The notes beneath the pieces were generated by a model. The model worked only from the letters and a program-made list of their open reading frames with translations. It did not search any database and was not told the origin of the DNA. A DNA stretch of 64,000 nucleotides, taken from contig CAWCMR010000025.1 in the NCBI GenBank assembly GCA_963796685.1, forward strand, positions 384,001 through 448,000. Reading direction: 5' to 3'. The translations under genes and the position numbers were made by a program. Positions 23,103 through 33,158 of this stretch are shown here, one piece after another. Source of the stretch: an uncultured delta proteobacterium. GTDB lineage: Bacteria > Myxococcota_A > Polyangia > Fen-1088. How positions within the stretch are numbered: the stretch's first letter is position 1; the number at the start of each line of letters is the position of its first letter.

Positions 23103-24173
23103 ATGACATGCGCTTCCCTGCCTTCGCTTCCAAATGAGTCTCGGTGGAGGCCGCGCCTGGCGCGCTGCCTGGCAACAGCCGCGTTCGCCGCCTCGCTGGC
23201 AGCGTGCAGCAGCAGCCAACGTTCGGGAGGCACAGGCGGTGCAAACGAATCGGGCGGCGTGACCGGCACCGGCGGCTCGACGAGCAACGGCGGCACCTCG
23301 AGTACCGGAGCAAAAGACGGGATGGGCGGGATGACCAACACCGGAGGTTCGTCCAGCGCCGGCGGCTCGACCAATACCGGCGGCTCGACCGGCACCGGCG
23401 GCACGACCAGCACCGGCGGCACGACCGGCACCGGCGGCACGACCAGCACCGGCGGCACGACCAGCGCCGGCGGCACGACCAGCACCGGCGGCACCTCGGA
23501 CACCGGTGGAAACAGTGGATCCACCAGCAATGGCGCATGTCCCCCGGATGCCTTCTTCTGCTCTGGGTTCGAGGACGCGACCCTGCCCACGGCAGCCACC
23601 TATGTCTCCAATCTTTCGACCCCGGTCGAGGTCGTGATCGACTCGACCGTTCACAACACCGGAACCCAATCCGTGAAGGTCAACCCAGGCACGAGCTACG
23701 TGTACCGCATGCTGTCCGTTCCGGCCGCGAAGTCCTTCTGGTTCCGCGCGTACATGATGACCGACGTACCCATCGATCAGAAAGCGACGGTGCACGAGAG
23801 TTTCATGGGCGCCAACTGGGGCCAGGACAAGGGCGTCGACATCGTGCAGGAACAGTGCGAGGTGGCCGTCAACATCAACGACAATCCCGTGCTCGGATCC
23901 AACGGCCAGAACCCTCCCATCACCTGTCCCGCGGACGGCCAAAAGATCGCCGCCAACACCTGGTACTGCTTCGAAGGTTCTTTCGACGGCAGCACGGGCG
24001 ATTTGGAAATCTTCGTCGACGGCGCATCCATCATCAAGGCCAGCGCAGTTCCGCAAGCCAAGCAGTCGTTCACCAATTTCCGGTTCGGCTACGTGGAATA
24101 CAATGGGACGAACCGCACGGTGTGGTACGACGATGTAGCCACGGCGCCAACCCGCATCGGCTGCCTGAAGTAG
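23103..24173 (+). CDS. Second Cip1-like/jelly-roll lipoprotein with a Gly/Thr linker
   Basis: Lipobox LAAC, FCSGFE, VHNTGTQSV, FWFRAY, HE, WYCFE, VWYDDVATAPTRIGC. Confidence 0.7.
   Translation: MTCASLPSLPNESRWRPRLARCLATAAFAASLAACSSSQRSGGTGGANESGGVTGTGGSTSNGGTSSTGAKDGMGGMTNTGGSSSAGGSTNTGGSTGTGGTTSTGGTTGTGGTTSTGGTTSAGGTTSTGGTSDTGGNSGSTSNGACPPDAFFCSGFEDATLPTAATYVSNLSTPVEVVIDSTVHNTGTQSVKVNPGTSYVYRMLSVPAAKSFWFRAYMMTDVPIDQKATVHESFMGANWGQDKGVDIVQEQCEVAVNINDNPVLGSNGQNPPITCPADGQKIAANTWYCFEGSFDGSTGDLEIFVDGASIIKASAVPQAKQSFTNFRFGYVEYNGTNRTVWYDDVATAPTRIGCLK
23343..23504. repeat. 18-bp tandem repeat, about 9 copies (GGTTST-type)
   Basis: ggcggcacgaccagcacc-type units spaced 18 bp apart. Confidence 0.92.
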
Positions 24174-24208
24174 CACGCGCCTTCACATCATCATGCAATA
24201 ATCGGTCT

Positions 24209-25327
24209 GTGCTCGCTTTGCTCGTCCTGCCGTGGCTGCTCGCCGTGAACACGGCGACGATGGAAAAGAGCGTGTGGCTCCTTCAAGGCACGGGTTGGGA
24301 ACGCGAAGAGACCGCCCTGCTCTATGCGCTGCGTATCTACACGCGCGATCTGAAGGTCCCCATCACCATCAGCGTGATTCCCTCGCAAGGCGAAACGCGC
24401 GACGACCAGCAGAAGGGCGCGAAGAGCCGCTGCGCCCTGGATGCATCCCTCGTGGCCTGGTTCACCAGCGACCAGGCCACCCCCCAGCTCTCGGTCCTGC
24501 GCTGCGCTTCGGGCGAAGAATACCGGCTGCCCCTGGTGCCCGCGCACGATCGCGAGCTTGCAGCCCAGACCCTGGCGCTCAAGATACGCGGCCTATTGAC
24601 GGAGGTCACAGCCAGCGAGACGGCCGAAGCTGAGCTGCCGCCGGGCTCCGGCCAGACTTCCCAGATGAAGCCCAGCCCCTGGAAGGATGACGCCGGGACG
24701 GGGCGCCTCGGCGACAATCCTGGCCGCCCGAGCCCCGCAAGGGCTCTTCCGTCGTCCGTGAGAATCGGTCGAAGCGAGGAAGAGGGACCGGCTGCCGGCG
24801 CGCGAACGCAACGGCCCCAGGCTTTGGAGGGCGGCCTCGACTGGCTCTACGGAGCGACCAATTCTTTCGCCAGGACTCGCCAGGGGCTGCTCTTGAGGCT
24901 GGCCATCGTATCGAAACGGCTGCCGCTGGCCGTAGAGCTGGACGGCGCGGTCGTCACGTCCGTCGCGAACGAGGTAGGCGGCTATCAGCTCACGGTCTCG
25001 GAGAGCCCCATCATCGGGGTCGCGCTGTCGGCGAGGTTGGCCGGCCCTTCGTGGACGCTCTCCATCGGGCCGCGAATCAGTCTGCATCGTATTTCGGCGG
25101 AAGGGCTCAGCCCCGACGGGCGCACAGGCTCGACCACGACCGCTGCCGTCGGGTTCGGGGCCCTCGAGCGTATCCTTTTCAAGGCTTCCGATAGCATGAG
25201 CCTCGGGCTCTCGCTCAGCAACGAAGCGCTCGTGCCACGTCAGCGATTCACCCTGGACGGGCGAACCCGATTCGACGTGGGACGCTTCCAGTGGGCCTTG
25301 TCGGCCGGCGTCGTCGTGCACCCATGA
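24209..25327 (+). CDS. Exported protein with a C-terminal beta-barrel-like region; first gene of the ECF operon
   Basis: Hydrophobic N-terminus, AAQTLALKIRGLL helix, Pro linker, alternating strands; ATGA overlap with the sigma gene. Confidence 0.6.
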   Translation: MLALLVLPWLLAVNTATMEKSVWLLQGTGWEREETALLYALRIYTRDLKVPITISVIPSQGETRDDQQKGAKSRCALDASLVAWFTSDQATPQLSVLRCASGEEYRLPLVPAHDRELAAQTLALKIRGLLTEVTASETAEAELPPGSGQTSQMKPSPWKDDAGTGRLGDNPGRPSPARALPSSVRIGRSEEEGPAAGARTQRPQALEGGLDWLYGATNSFARTRQGLLLRLAIVSKRLPLAVELDGAVVTSVANEVGGYQLTVSESPIIGVALSARLAGPSWTLSIGPRISLHRISAEGLSPDGRTGSTTTAAVGFGALERILFKASDSMSLGLSLSNEALVPRQRFTLDGRTRFDVGRFQWALSAGVVVHP

Positions 25328-26025
25328 ATAGGCTGAACAGCAACCCATTCAACGTTTTGCCACCTGGTGGTACTAATAAGAATGTGAGGGCCGAGAGAGA
25401 TCCCCATGCGTGGACGGCCTCAGGTACGGGCGAAAGGCCGTCCTGGGTCGCGGGCTGCTGCGCGCACGAGCCGGCGGCGATCGCGGCGATGTTCAGGGAG
25501 CACTGCGACACGGTCGAGCGGATGATCCTGAGGCTCGTCGGACCCACACCGGATCTCGAAGATTTGGTCCAGACGACCTTCGTCGAGGTGATACGAACGA
25601 TCAACCGCTACCGGGGAGAGGCCAGCTTCAAGACCTGGATCACCAGCGTTGCGGTGCACGTCGCCCAGCACCACCTGCGTGCAGGACGCTTGCGACGTCA
25701 CGCGCCTTTGGAGATGGTCCCGGAGGAGCGCTTTGCGTCGCCCGCACCCGATATCGAGGCGCAACTCGACGAGCGGCGGCTGTCTGAACGGCTCTACTCC
25801 CTGCTCGACAGGATACCGTCGCGCCAACGGGTCGCCCTCGTGCTCTTCACCATCGATGGGCGGCCCGTGGAAGAGGTCGCGGCCCTGACCGGAGCGAGTC
25901 AGGTGACCACGCGGTCGCGCGTCTTCCTCGGGCGCAGGGCCCTGCGCGCCCTCATCGACGCCGATCCGGATCTGTCCCAGATGGCCGAATCCATGCTGGG
26001 CGGCGGACGGGAGAAGCGGGCATGA
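25324..26025 (+). CDS. ECF sigma-70 factor
   Basis: EDLVQTTF, YRGEASFKTWI (region 2); RVALVL...EEVA...TTRSRV (region 4). Confidence 0.92.
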   Translation: MNRLNSNPFNVLPPGGTNKNVRAERDPHAWTASGTGERPSWVAGCCAHEPAAIAAMFREHCDTVERMILRLVGPTPDLEDLVQTTFVEVIRTINRYRGEASFKTWITSVAVHVAQHHLRAGRLRRHAPLEMVPEERFASPAPDIEAQLDERRLSERLYSLLDRIPSRQRVALVLFTIDGRPVEEVAALTGASQVTTRSRVFLGRRALRALIDADPDLSQMAESMLGGGREKRA

Positions 26026-27431
26026 CCTCCTGTCGCCGAATGCGGGCCGCCATCATCGCTGTGGTGCGACGGCAAGCCAGCGAGGCGGAGCGGCTTTGCC
26101 TCGAGAAGCACCTGACGACGTGCCGGTCCTGTCGAGCGGAGAAGGCCCGTTGGCTCCTCATGGAGAGACTCGAGCAGCCGGACCCACCCAGGCTCTCGCA
26201 GGATGCCAGGGCGCGAATCCTGTGCCACGTGACCGACCTGCCCGAGCCCGAGGTCGTGGAGGAGCGAAAAGCCCGGCGCCTCATGCCGGCGCTGGCAGGT
26301 GGCACGCTGGCGGTCGCGCTCGCGGTCGCATTGCTGGTGGTGCTGCCCGGCGGCCGTCGCTCTGCCGCCAGGCTGGCTGGCCACGGCGGCAACGACCGTG
26401 CCCAGCCAGCGTCTCCCGCCATGGAGCGGACGATCGCCATTCGAGCGAAGACAGCCGGCACCCTCGATGCGGGCCGAGCGCATATCCTCTATGAAGCCGG
26501 AGCCGATCTGTGCGTGCAGCCCGGTGGCCGCGAGGTCGAGCTCTTTGCCGGCGAGATCGATGTCGAGGTCGCGCCCGGCGGGCCACGATTCCGCGTTCTT
26601 ACCCCGCGCTTCACCGTCGAGGTCCTCGGCACACGTTTCATCGTCAGGCTCGATCGCGTCCAGACCATCCACGGGGTGGTGCGCGTGGCCGAGCCGGACG
26701 CGGCCGGTGCACGGCAGCTCGCCCTGGTGCGAGCCGGCCAAGTCTGGATCTGTCCGGATGCGTTGCCGGGCGCCGAGCTCGCTTCGCCGACCGCGCTCGA
26801 CCCCAGCCGCGGGGGGGCGCCTGCGCCCCGGCCGAACACCGATTTCCAGGCTTCCACCGCGATCCGCGATCAGGGCCGAGGCCAAGACCTGCCCGCAGGG
26901 GTCTTGCTGGCCAGCGAAGCCTCGCCTGCCACGGAGTCGATGCGGGCAGTACATGCGCCACCCTCCGAATCGGGTGTAGCGGCCGAGGGTGCGCACCCAT
27001 CCGAAAAGGCGATGCTCGCCAGGCGAGAGATCTCGGCAGGCCCGCGCGCCCGTTCCGTCGACGAGCTTCTGTCGGACGCGCGCGCAGCCCTTGCCGCCGG
27101 GAACATCGGTCACGCGCGCGAGTGCGTCGCTTCTGCCCTGCGGGCAAGACCCAGGCCTCGGCAGCGGGCCATGGCCGAGTTGCTATCGGCCGACACCATG
27201 CTGGTCGAAAGCCGATACGACGACGCCTTGACTGCCTACCGCAGCATGATGGACCGGTTCGCCAGCTACCCCGAAGGTGAAACAGCGGCGTTCGCGCTCG
27301 CCCAGCTTCTGTCCGAACGGGGTCCGCAAGATCGGGCGCAACAGGCCCTGGAACGCTATCTGGAGCGCTACCCTGCGGGGCGTTTTGCCGCAGAGGTCGA
27401 AAAGAAGCTGGCCAATACGACTCCCCAATGA
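26022..27431 (+). CDS. Anti-sigma factor: zinc-binding ZAS motif, TM helix, FecR-like domain, C-terminal TPR
   Basis: HLTTCRSC, one TM helix, FTVEVLGTRFIV, YLERYPAGRF. Confidence 0.85.
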   Translation: MTSCRRMRAAIIAVVRRQASEAERLCLEKHLTTCRSCRAEKARWLLMERLEQPDPPRLSQDARARILCHVTDLPEPEVVEERKARRLMPALAGGTLAVALAVALLVVLPGGRRSAARLAGHGGNDRAQPASPAMERTIAIRAKTAGTLDAGRAHILYEAGADLCVQPGGREVELFAGEIDVEVAPGGPRFRVLTPRFTVEVLGTRFIVRLDRVQTIHGVVRVAEPDAAGARQLALVRAGQVWICPDALPGAELASPTALDPSRGGAPAPRPNTDFQASTAIRDQGRGQDLPAGVLLASEASPATESMRAVHAPPSESGVAAEGAHPSEKAMLARREISAGPRARSVDELLSDARAALAAGNIGHARECVASALRARPRPRQRAMAELLSADTMLVESRYDDALTAYRSMMDRFASYPEGETAAFALAQLLSERGPQDRAQQALERYLERYPAGRFAAEVEKKLANTTPQ

Positions 27432-28378
27432 CCCGCACGCTGCTGGTCCTGTGTTTGCTGGTGGGCTGCACGGAATCGACGGAGCTGTTCCAACAACACA
27501 AAGACGCGTCCTCGGCTGACGGTGCCGCAAGGCCGGAGCACGACTTCTGTCCCACCCGAATCGACGTGTACGGGGGGATCAACATGCAGCTGGCAGGTTG
27601 TGGCGGTGCCGCGCCGACGGACGCGACCCGCGAGAAGGGTTACTTCTCCCCCGGAGCACCCGACTATGACAGCACGGTGGCCGGCCGCTTGCTCGCGCGC
27701 CTGACCGATGACCCGGATCTGGTACCGATCTTCGGCTCGACCTGGAGCGTCCGCTCGTGCGCCGGCCCAGGCCAGACGCTGTCGCAACTGACCCCGCCTC
27801 TTTCCGAAGACGATTGCGCGGTCGATGGGGGCACCGAGGGAGGCACCTGGCAGACGAGCTGTGTCGGCGATCCCGCGCCCGTGTTGTTGTTCTCGGCCGG
27901 GATGCTCGACGATCTTTGTCACGGTGGCGGACCGGATTCGAGCGCCAAGGACGATCCGGCAACCTACGTTCGCCATTACGCGCAGCGAATGGCGTCCTTT
28001 CTGGCCAGCCGCAAGCCGGGGTTGGCCATGGTGGGTCCCCTCACGGAATGGACCGAAGCGCCCCCCTACACCGACAGCACGCCGGCGACATGCGACTGGC
28101 CGCGACCGCAGTGGGACGAGCAAGGCCTGCAGGCCTGGGTCGAATCCGCATCCGGCGCGCAGGGTGTCGCCGTCGATGTAGAGATCGTCCCTGACCTTCA
28201 CGCCGAGTTTCGCGACCACGGCAAGTGCTGCCAGATCCTCGACGGTTCCTGCTCCACCAACTGGTTCAGCCACGATAGCCAAGAGGTCGCGAGCTGCGAC
28301 GGCGCCCAGGCCATCGTGGATTTCTGGTACGCCCGACTCAAGGCCGCGCTGCTGGCACGGGACTTCGTTTGTCCATGA
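27428..28378 (+). CDS. Cys-rich lipoprotein, possibly SGNH-like fold
   Basis: Lipobox LVGC; ATGA-coupled to the anti-sigma gene; degenerate IDVYGG / SAGMLDD blocks. Confidence 0.6.
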   Translation: MTRTLLVLCLLVGCTESTELFQQHKDASSADGAARPEHDFCPTRIDVYGGINMQLAGCGGAAPTDATREKGYFSPGAPDYDSTVAGRLLARLTDDPDLVPIFGSTWSVRSCAGPGQTLSQLTPPLSEDDCAVDGGTEGGTWQTSCVGDPAPVLLFSAGMLDDLCHGGGPDSSAKDDPATYVRHYAQRMASFLASRKPGLAMVGPLTEWTEAPPYTDSTPATCDWPRPQWDEQGLQAWVESASGAQGVAVDVEIVPDLHAEFRDHGKCCQILDGSCSTNWFSHDSQEVASCDGAQAIVDFWYARLKAALLARDFVCP

Positions 28379-28476
28379 GGTGTTGACGTCCAGAACGAGA
28401 CCGAAAAATACGCGCCCAGCGTTCAACGCCCGGGCCGCAAGAGGCACCAATAGGACAGCAGCATTGAGGTCGACGA

Positions 28477-29298
28477 ATGGGAAGCGAGCCCATGGCCAAT
28501 CAAGTCCCCACGGTGAGCGCGGGTTTCTCCGAGCCCGGGCTTGACCATGCCGACGCGGCAAACTCGGCGTCGGAAGGCGCCGTCTGCGCGGCGCGGTCGG
28601 CTCCCACGAACGCGGATCACGGCGGTGACGAAGCGTGGCGCCTGTGCGTCGATGACGAGGTCACCGCGGTGGTGCCGAGAGGCTTCCCCGGACGCTTCTA
28701 CGGGCACAGGCACGCGTGGCTTCGGGCCATGACCCTGGTCGGAATCGCGGCCCTTGGTTTCGTTGGGATGGGAATTGCCAACGCCGTGAAGGCGCGCCAC
28801 CGGGTGTCCCCGAATGTCGTCACTGTCCGCGCTCCGACCCCGCCTGCGAAAGTCGCCGACAAGCCGGCTGCGACGGCAGACGGGCCGTCCGTCGCCAAGC
28901 TCGGCGGCGAGGCCCCGATCCTGGCCGCCGTCCTGCCGCCACCTGTGCGCAACAAGACAGACCTTGCCCTGTGCCAGGCGGCGCTGACGAAGAGGCGCAC
29001 GACTGCGATCGAGCGGAGCTGCGAGCACGCTCTCGAGGCCGACCCATCCCTGGCTACGCCGATCCTCGCGTGGGCGATGCGGGAGCTCGATCGGGGCAAC
29101 CTGCCCCTTGCGGCGGCCTGGGCCCGCCGCGTGCTGGATGCCGACGATGAGCTGGCGGATGCATACCTCATCGTCGGACTCGCCGAGCAGGAGGCGAGAC
29201 ACGTATCGACGGCCAAGTCCGCCTACCGACGGTACCTCGAGCTGGCGCCGAGGGGCCGGTATGCGCACGACGTGCGTTCGAGCATGGTGGCGCTTTGA
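28477..29298 (+). CDS. Membrane-anchored TPR protein
   Basis: TM segment; C-terminal ADAYLIVG...AYRRYLELAPRGRYA. Confidence 0.7.
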   Translation: MGSEPMANQVPTVSAGFSEPGLDHADAANSASEGAVCAARSAPTNADHGGDEAWRLCVDDEVTAVVPRGFPGRFYGHRHAWLRAMTLVGIAALGFVGMGIANAVKARHRVSPNVVTVRAPTPPAKVADKPAATADGPSVAKLGGEAPILAAVLPPPVRNKTDLALCQAALTKRRTTAIERSCEHALEADPSLATPILAWAMRELDRGNLPLAAAWARRVLDADDELADAYLIVGLAEQEARHVSTAKSAYRRYLELAPRGRYAHDVRSSMVAL

Positions 29299-29346
29299 GC
29301 AGTGGAGGTTGAATCTTCCCCTTTTTCTCCCCTCGCAGGAGCTTAG

Positions 29347-30418
29347 ATGTCCGATCGCAAAGCCGGTTCACGTATCATCCTTTCCGCGGCATCGCTCGCG
29401 TGCCTCGCCGGCTGCCAGGGTAACGGCGCGGTGGGCGGCCTTTCCGACGCGGGCCAAGGCGCGCTGCCGGATTCGTCCATCGTCCTTCCTCTCGATGCGG
29501 GATCGGAGGATGCGCCACCCTGCACGCCCAGCACGAGCTGCACGTGGGGCCAGTGGCAGTACTGCGGCGACATCGGCGACCGCTGCGACGGCACGCTCCA
29601 TTGCGGCGCCTGTCCCGCCGGGCTTTCCTGTGTCGCCGTCGCGCAGCCCGTTCCCCGCGACCGCGAATTGGAGCCTTGCCGGCTCCCCGCAGGAGGTTCA
29701 GGAGACACGCTACTACCCCGGGCCCGGAGGCGACCAGGCCATTCCCCCTCCGGTGATTGCCGAGGTCAACGCCGGCTTTGCGAAAGGCGCGGGCTTCGCC
29801 GAGTGGCTGCTCGACATCGGGGCAGCTACCCAGACCGGCGGGGTCACGACGATTCCCATCCACAATGTCGCGCACGTCGCTGACAGCGTGATACCAGGGA
29901 CAGACGCGGCTCCCATCAGCCAACTGTGGCTCAGCTCGCCGCTGGCCTGGCGGCAGTTTGCCGGCACGACGGCTGTCGATTGCACCACCAGTCCGGAATC
30001 CAACGCGAGCTGTATCCAGCAGCAGTTTGCGCACGAGCTCAGCTTCAACACCCCTGTCGGCTCGCCCGTCGATCAGCAGTGCGGCCGGGTCGTCTTCAGC
30101 GGTTTCCACGTGAACCAGCCCGCCACCGGCACGACCCCGGAATACTGCACGGGTCCGATGACGGCTCAAGAGAAGGTGCTCGAGTTCATGATGCTCGACC
30201 TGGCCTCGTGCATCGGCACGGGCACGCCTCCGCCCGTGATTCCGCCGCCAGCGACACCGCCGCCGCCTCCTCCGCCGGCACCGCCGAGCCCATCGCCGCC
30301 GCCGCCGGTCACCACGCCGCCCGTAGCGCCGCCCTCGGCCGTTCCTCCCCCGCCTCCGCCGCCTCCCGCGGTGATCCCGCCGCCACCCCCGCCGCCACCC
30401 CCGCCGCCGATTCCGTAG
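29347..30418 (+). pseudogene. Cys-rich lipoprotein with a poly-Pro tail; frame break and probable internal deletion near 29645
   Basis: SD aggag, lipobox LAGC and Cys repeats in one frame; FPATANW, SFNTPV, QCGRVVFS, QEKVLEFMM and the Pro tail in another. Confidence 0.65.
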
Positions 30419-30497
30419 CCGGGCCGCGCGCAGTGCCCCGCGGCCCACGTGGTGCGGGATCTGCTCCCGGCGCATCAGATCCCGACATGGCTCGACC

Positions 30498-30719
30498 TTA
30501 TCGGTGGAGGAGCCCGAACCGCCGCAACAGGAGCCCGGCCGCGATCAGCAGCAGGACCACGGTGACGACGTTGCCCAGCACGCGCCGGGTGCGCGAGGCA
30601 GGGCGGGCGGGCTCCTTCCCGGCCATGCCATGGGCGATGGAGCGGAACCCGCCGCGCAGCGAGGTCAGGGATCCGCCGCTGCTCTTGCCGGTACGCCGGC
30701 GACGTCGCTTGCGTTCCAC
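30498..30719 (-). CDS. Small basic membrane protein
   Basis: TGcTAAAAT 7 nt before GTG; C-terminal TM helix. Confidence 0.65.
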   Translation of the reverse strand: MERKRRRRRTGKSSGGSLTSLRGGFRSIAHGMAGKEPARPASRTRRVLGNVVTVVLLLIAAGLLLRRFGLLHR

Positions 30720-30782
30720 AGCCGAGATTTTAGCACCAACGCCTGGTGAGGAGACCGGCGAGTTGAGGCCACGGGCCGACGA

Positions 30783-32108
30783 TCAGTCAGAGCGCAGCCG
30801 AGCGAGATACCTGTTCAGCTCTTCTTCCAAGTAGTTGGTGACGCCGCGGATCTCGGGTGGAGCCGCTTCGTTGTAGGAGATGACCGCATCTCTCCACAGT
30901 GTACCAAGCTCATGCTTCGGATCCGCCGCGCGGGCAGCCTTGAGCAACTCATCGCGATGATAGGCGGACAGATCCGAGAGGATCACTCTCGCTCGGCGTT
31001 TCGCCCGCTCGTGCCCATCGATCGCCGGTTGCGCCGGTTGCGCCGGTTGCGCCGTTGGTGGCGGTGGTGATTGCCCGAGCCCGGCCGGCCCCGGTGTGCC
31101 TGCGCCCAGCCTCACGACGGTGGCGAGCATCGCCAGCGGCGCCGTCACCACCTCGGCGTGAGACTCAGCCGGCAGCGCCGTCCTGCTAAACGTCCTCGGT
31201 GCCGGCGTGGCGGCCTTCGCTGCAACCTGGGAAGCTGCCATCGGGGCAACGCTTGGGGGAGCCGTCGAAGCGGCGATGGCTTTCGCCGTGGTGATAGGCG
31301 CGGGCGTGACCGGCCTGGCCGCGGGAGCTGTCGAAGCGGCGATGGCTTTCGCCGTGGTGATGGGCGCGGGCGTGACCTGCCTGGCTGCGGAAGCCGTCGA
31401 AGCGGCGATGGCTTTCGCCGTGGTGATGGGCGCGGGCGTAACCGGCCTGGCTGTGGCCGGGGACGCGGCCGACGGGACTGCCTTGATCGGGGCCGCGCGG
31501 AGCTGCATCTCGATTTCGGCCCGCAGCTTCGTTTCGATCTGCGCCCGCAGCTCCTCCTCCAGCTTCTTGCGCAAGACACGCTCGTTCTCGGCGCTTTGTC
31601 TCTCGTGCTCCGCTCAATCTCGTCGCTCGATGTCCTCCCGCAGCTCCTTCTCCAACGCCGCGCGCCTGTCCGCAGTCTCATTGGCCTGCGCCGCGCGCAA
31701 CTCCGCCTCGATTTGCGCCCTCAGATCCCGCTCGGTCTCATGGGGTGGGTTCCTCCCCAGCGCGCGGAGCGCCTCGTCCACGGCCGCCTTCTGCGCCACG
31801 AGCCGCTCCGAGGCGGTGAGCCCTTCCTCTTCCATCGCATCGAGCATCTGCGTGCATCCGCACTCGGGACACCTCCTGCGTACGAGGCCTATCCAGGCCA
31901 ACACCGAGGCCAGCGCCAGAGAACCAAGACTCGCGCTCCAACCGAGGGCCGGGCTCCAGTGGGGCAAGGCGTTCGAGGGCTCCTGACCGAGGGTGAGGTT
32001 GAAAAGCCCCCAGATGCTGCCGGCGATCGCCACGGCGGCGGGGATCACCGGCGGCACAGCCGGCTTCCCGATTCCTGGGATTTCCTTATGACATCGTCTG
32101 CAACGCAT
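30783..32108 (-). CDS. Membrane protein with CxxC pairs, a coiled coil and Ala/Pro repeats; interrupted by an in-frame TGA at 31614-31616
   Basis: ORFs 31614..32108 and 30783..31574 share a frame and the coiled-coil pattern continues across the stop; C-terminal AKRRARVILSDL domain. Confidence 0.65.
31258..31452. repeat. 66-bp coding tandem repeat, 3 copies (ARPVTPAPITTAKAIAASTAxA)
   Basis: Units at 31261, 31327 and 31393. Confidence 0.95.
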
Positions 32109-32257
32109 TCGTCACCGCTCTAGGTTCTCCTGGTTGTCTCGCGACAAGCCAACTTCGAGGCTGTCACCACGGATGGACTTAACCTTCCTACTATCGGCGA
32201 GAAAGGGCAACCCGGTCTGCAGACCTGTCCTCTCGAGCCCGTCCACCGCCTTCCCGT

Positions 32258-32666
32258 GGATGGCGAAGAACTCGGGCGCCATGTAGCGAAGCACGCGTTC
32301 GCTGGTGCGGGCGAGGGCAATGCGCTTTTTCTGCTCGTGCTTTCGAGCAAGTGGCGCCGGGTTGAGTGCCTCCCAGCTGAGCAGGCTATACGCCGCGGGA
32401 TCGGCCGCCAGCAGACGATGCAGGAACGTGGTGCCGGTACGCTGCAGGCCGGTGATCACAATCGGCGGCTTCAACTCTTGTTCGAGGATGTCCGGGTGTT
32501 TGCGGAAAAGGGCCTCGGCGCGCAATCGATTCTGCAACAACCCCAGCAGTCTTTGTTTGGTGAGGAGTCGCCGAAACGCTGGCCGCCAGGTCTCGTCTCC
32601 GAAATCCCGCAGGCCGCTTCTCCTGACAGCGGCATCAATGAGGGCGCCTTCCTCCAGTTTACGCAT
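32258..32666 (-). pseudogene. Sulfotransferase-family fragment
   Basis: GLRDFGD, LQNRL, PIVITGLQRTGTTFLHRLL PAPS loop; similarity ends at EFFAIH. Confidence 0.75.
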
Positions 32667-32899
32667 ACGAGCCGGCCGAGATAGCGATAACCTTCTGCCT
32701 GGTTGAAGGCGTCTTTGGGCGAACCAGGGAAAAGCATCGCCGCACCCGCAGCCTTAATGGTATCGCAGTACTCTTCCCACGCCTTGCCCGTCAGGATGCG
32801 GGCCTCATGCACGTCCTGCATGGTCTTGCCCTGCAGCTTCAGTTTCCACAGATTGAGCTTGCGGAAGAGGCCGAGCAGGAGAAGGAAGACTTTCTTCAT
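32667..32899 (-). pseudogene. N-terminal fragment of a DUF1214-like protein that typically accompanies this sulfotransferase type
   Basis: AWEEYCDTIKAAG...QAEGYRYLGRL, then an abrupt junction with the sulfotransferase fragment. Confidence 0.6.
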
Positions 32900-33125
32900 T
32901 GCAAAGCAGTATCCGTCGAGTCCTGGCGGGCTCAAACACCTTTGGGGAGCCGGCTGTCCGACCCATACCAGGGCTGACACTGAGCGCCCATGTCACGCGC
33001 CAGCCTGGAGCGCAGAATGCCGGCGATCTTGCATGATTTGGCCACGAGTTCTGGCAGCGGCGAGGCCCTTCACGGATCCATCGAGCGACTTGTAGCGACC
33101 AGCCAACCCCTACTCCCTTCACTTC

Positions 33126-33141
33126 TGGCCTGCCGTTTGCT
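33126..33141 (+). promoter_or_regulatory. Candidate sigma-54 promoter for the AI-2E gene
   Basis: TGGCCT-GCCGT-TTGCT (GG-N10-GC). Confidence 0.5.
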
Positions 33142-33158
33142 GTTGCTATGCCAAGCAC

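Noticed and set aside
31614-31616. In-frame TGA as selenocysteine
   Set aside because: It lies in a coiled coil rather than a Cys-type redox motif, and I see no clear SECIS-like hairpin downstream.
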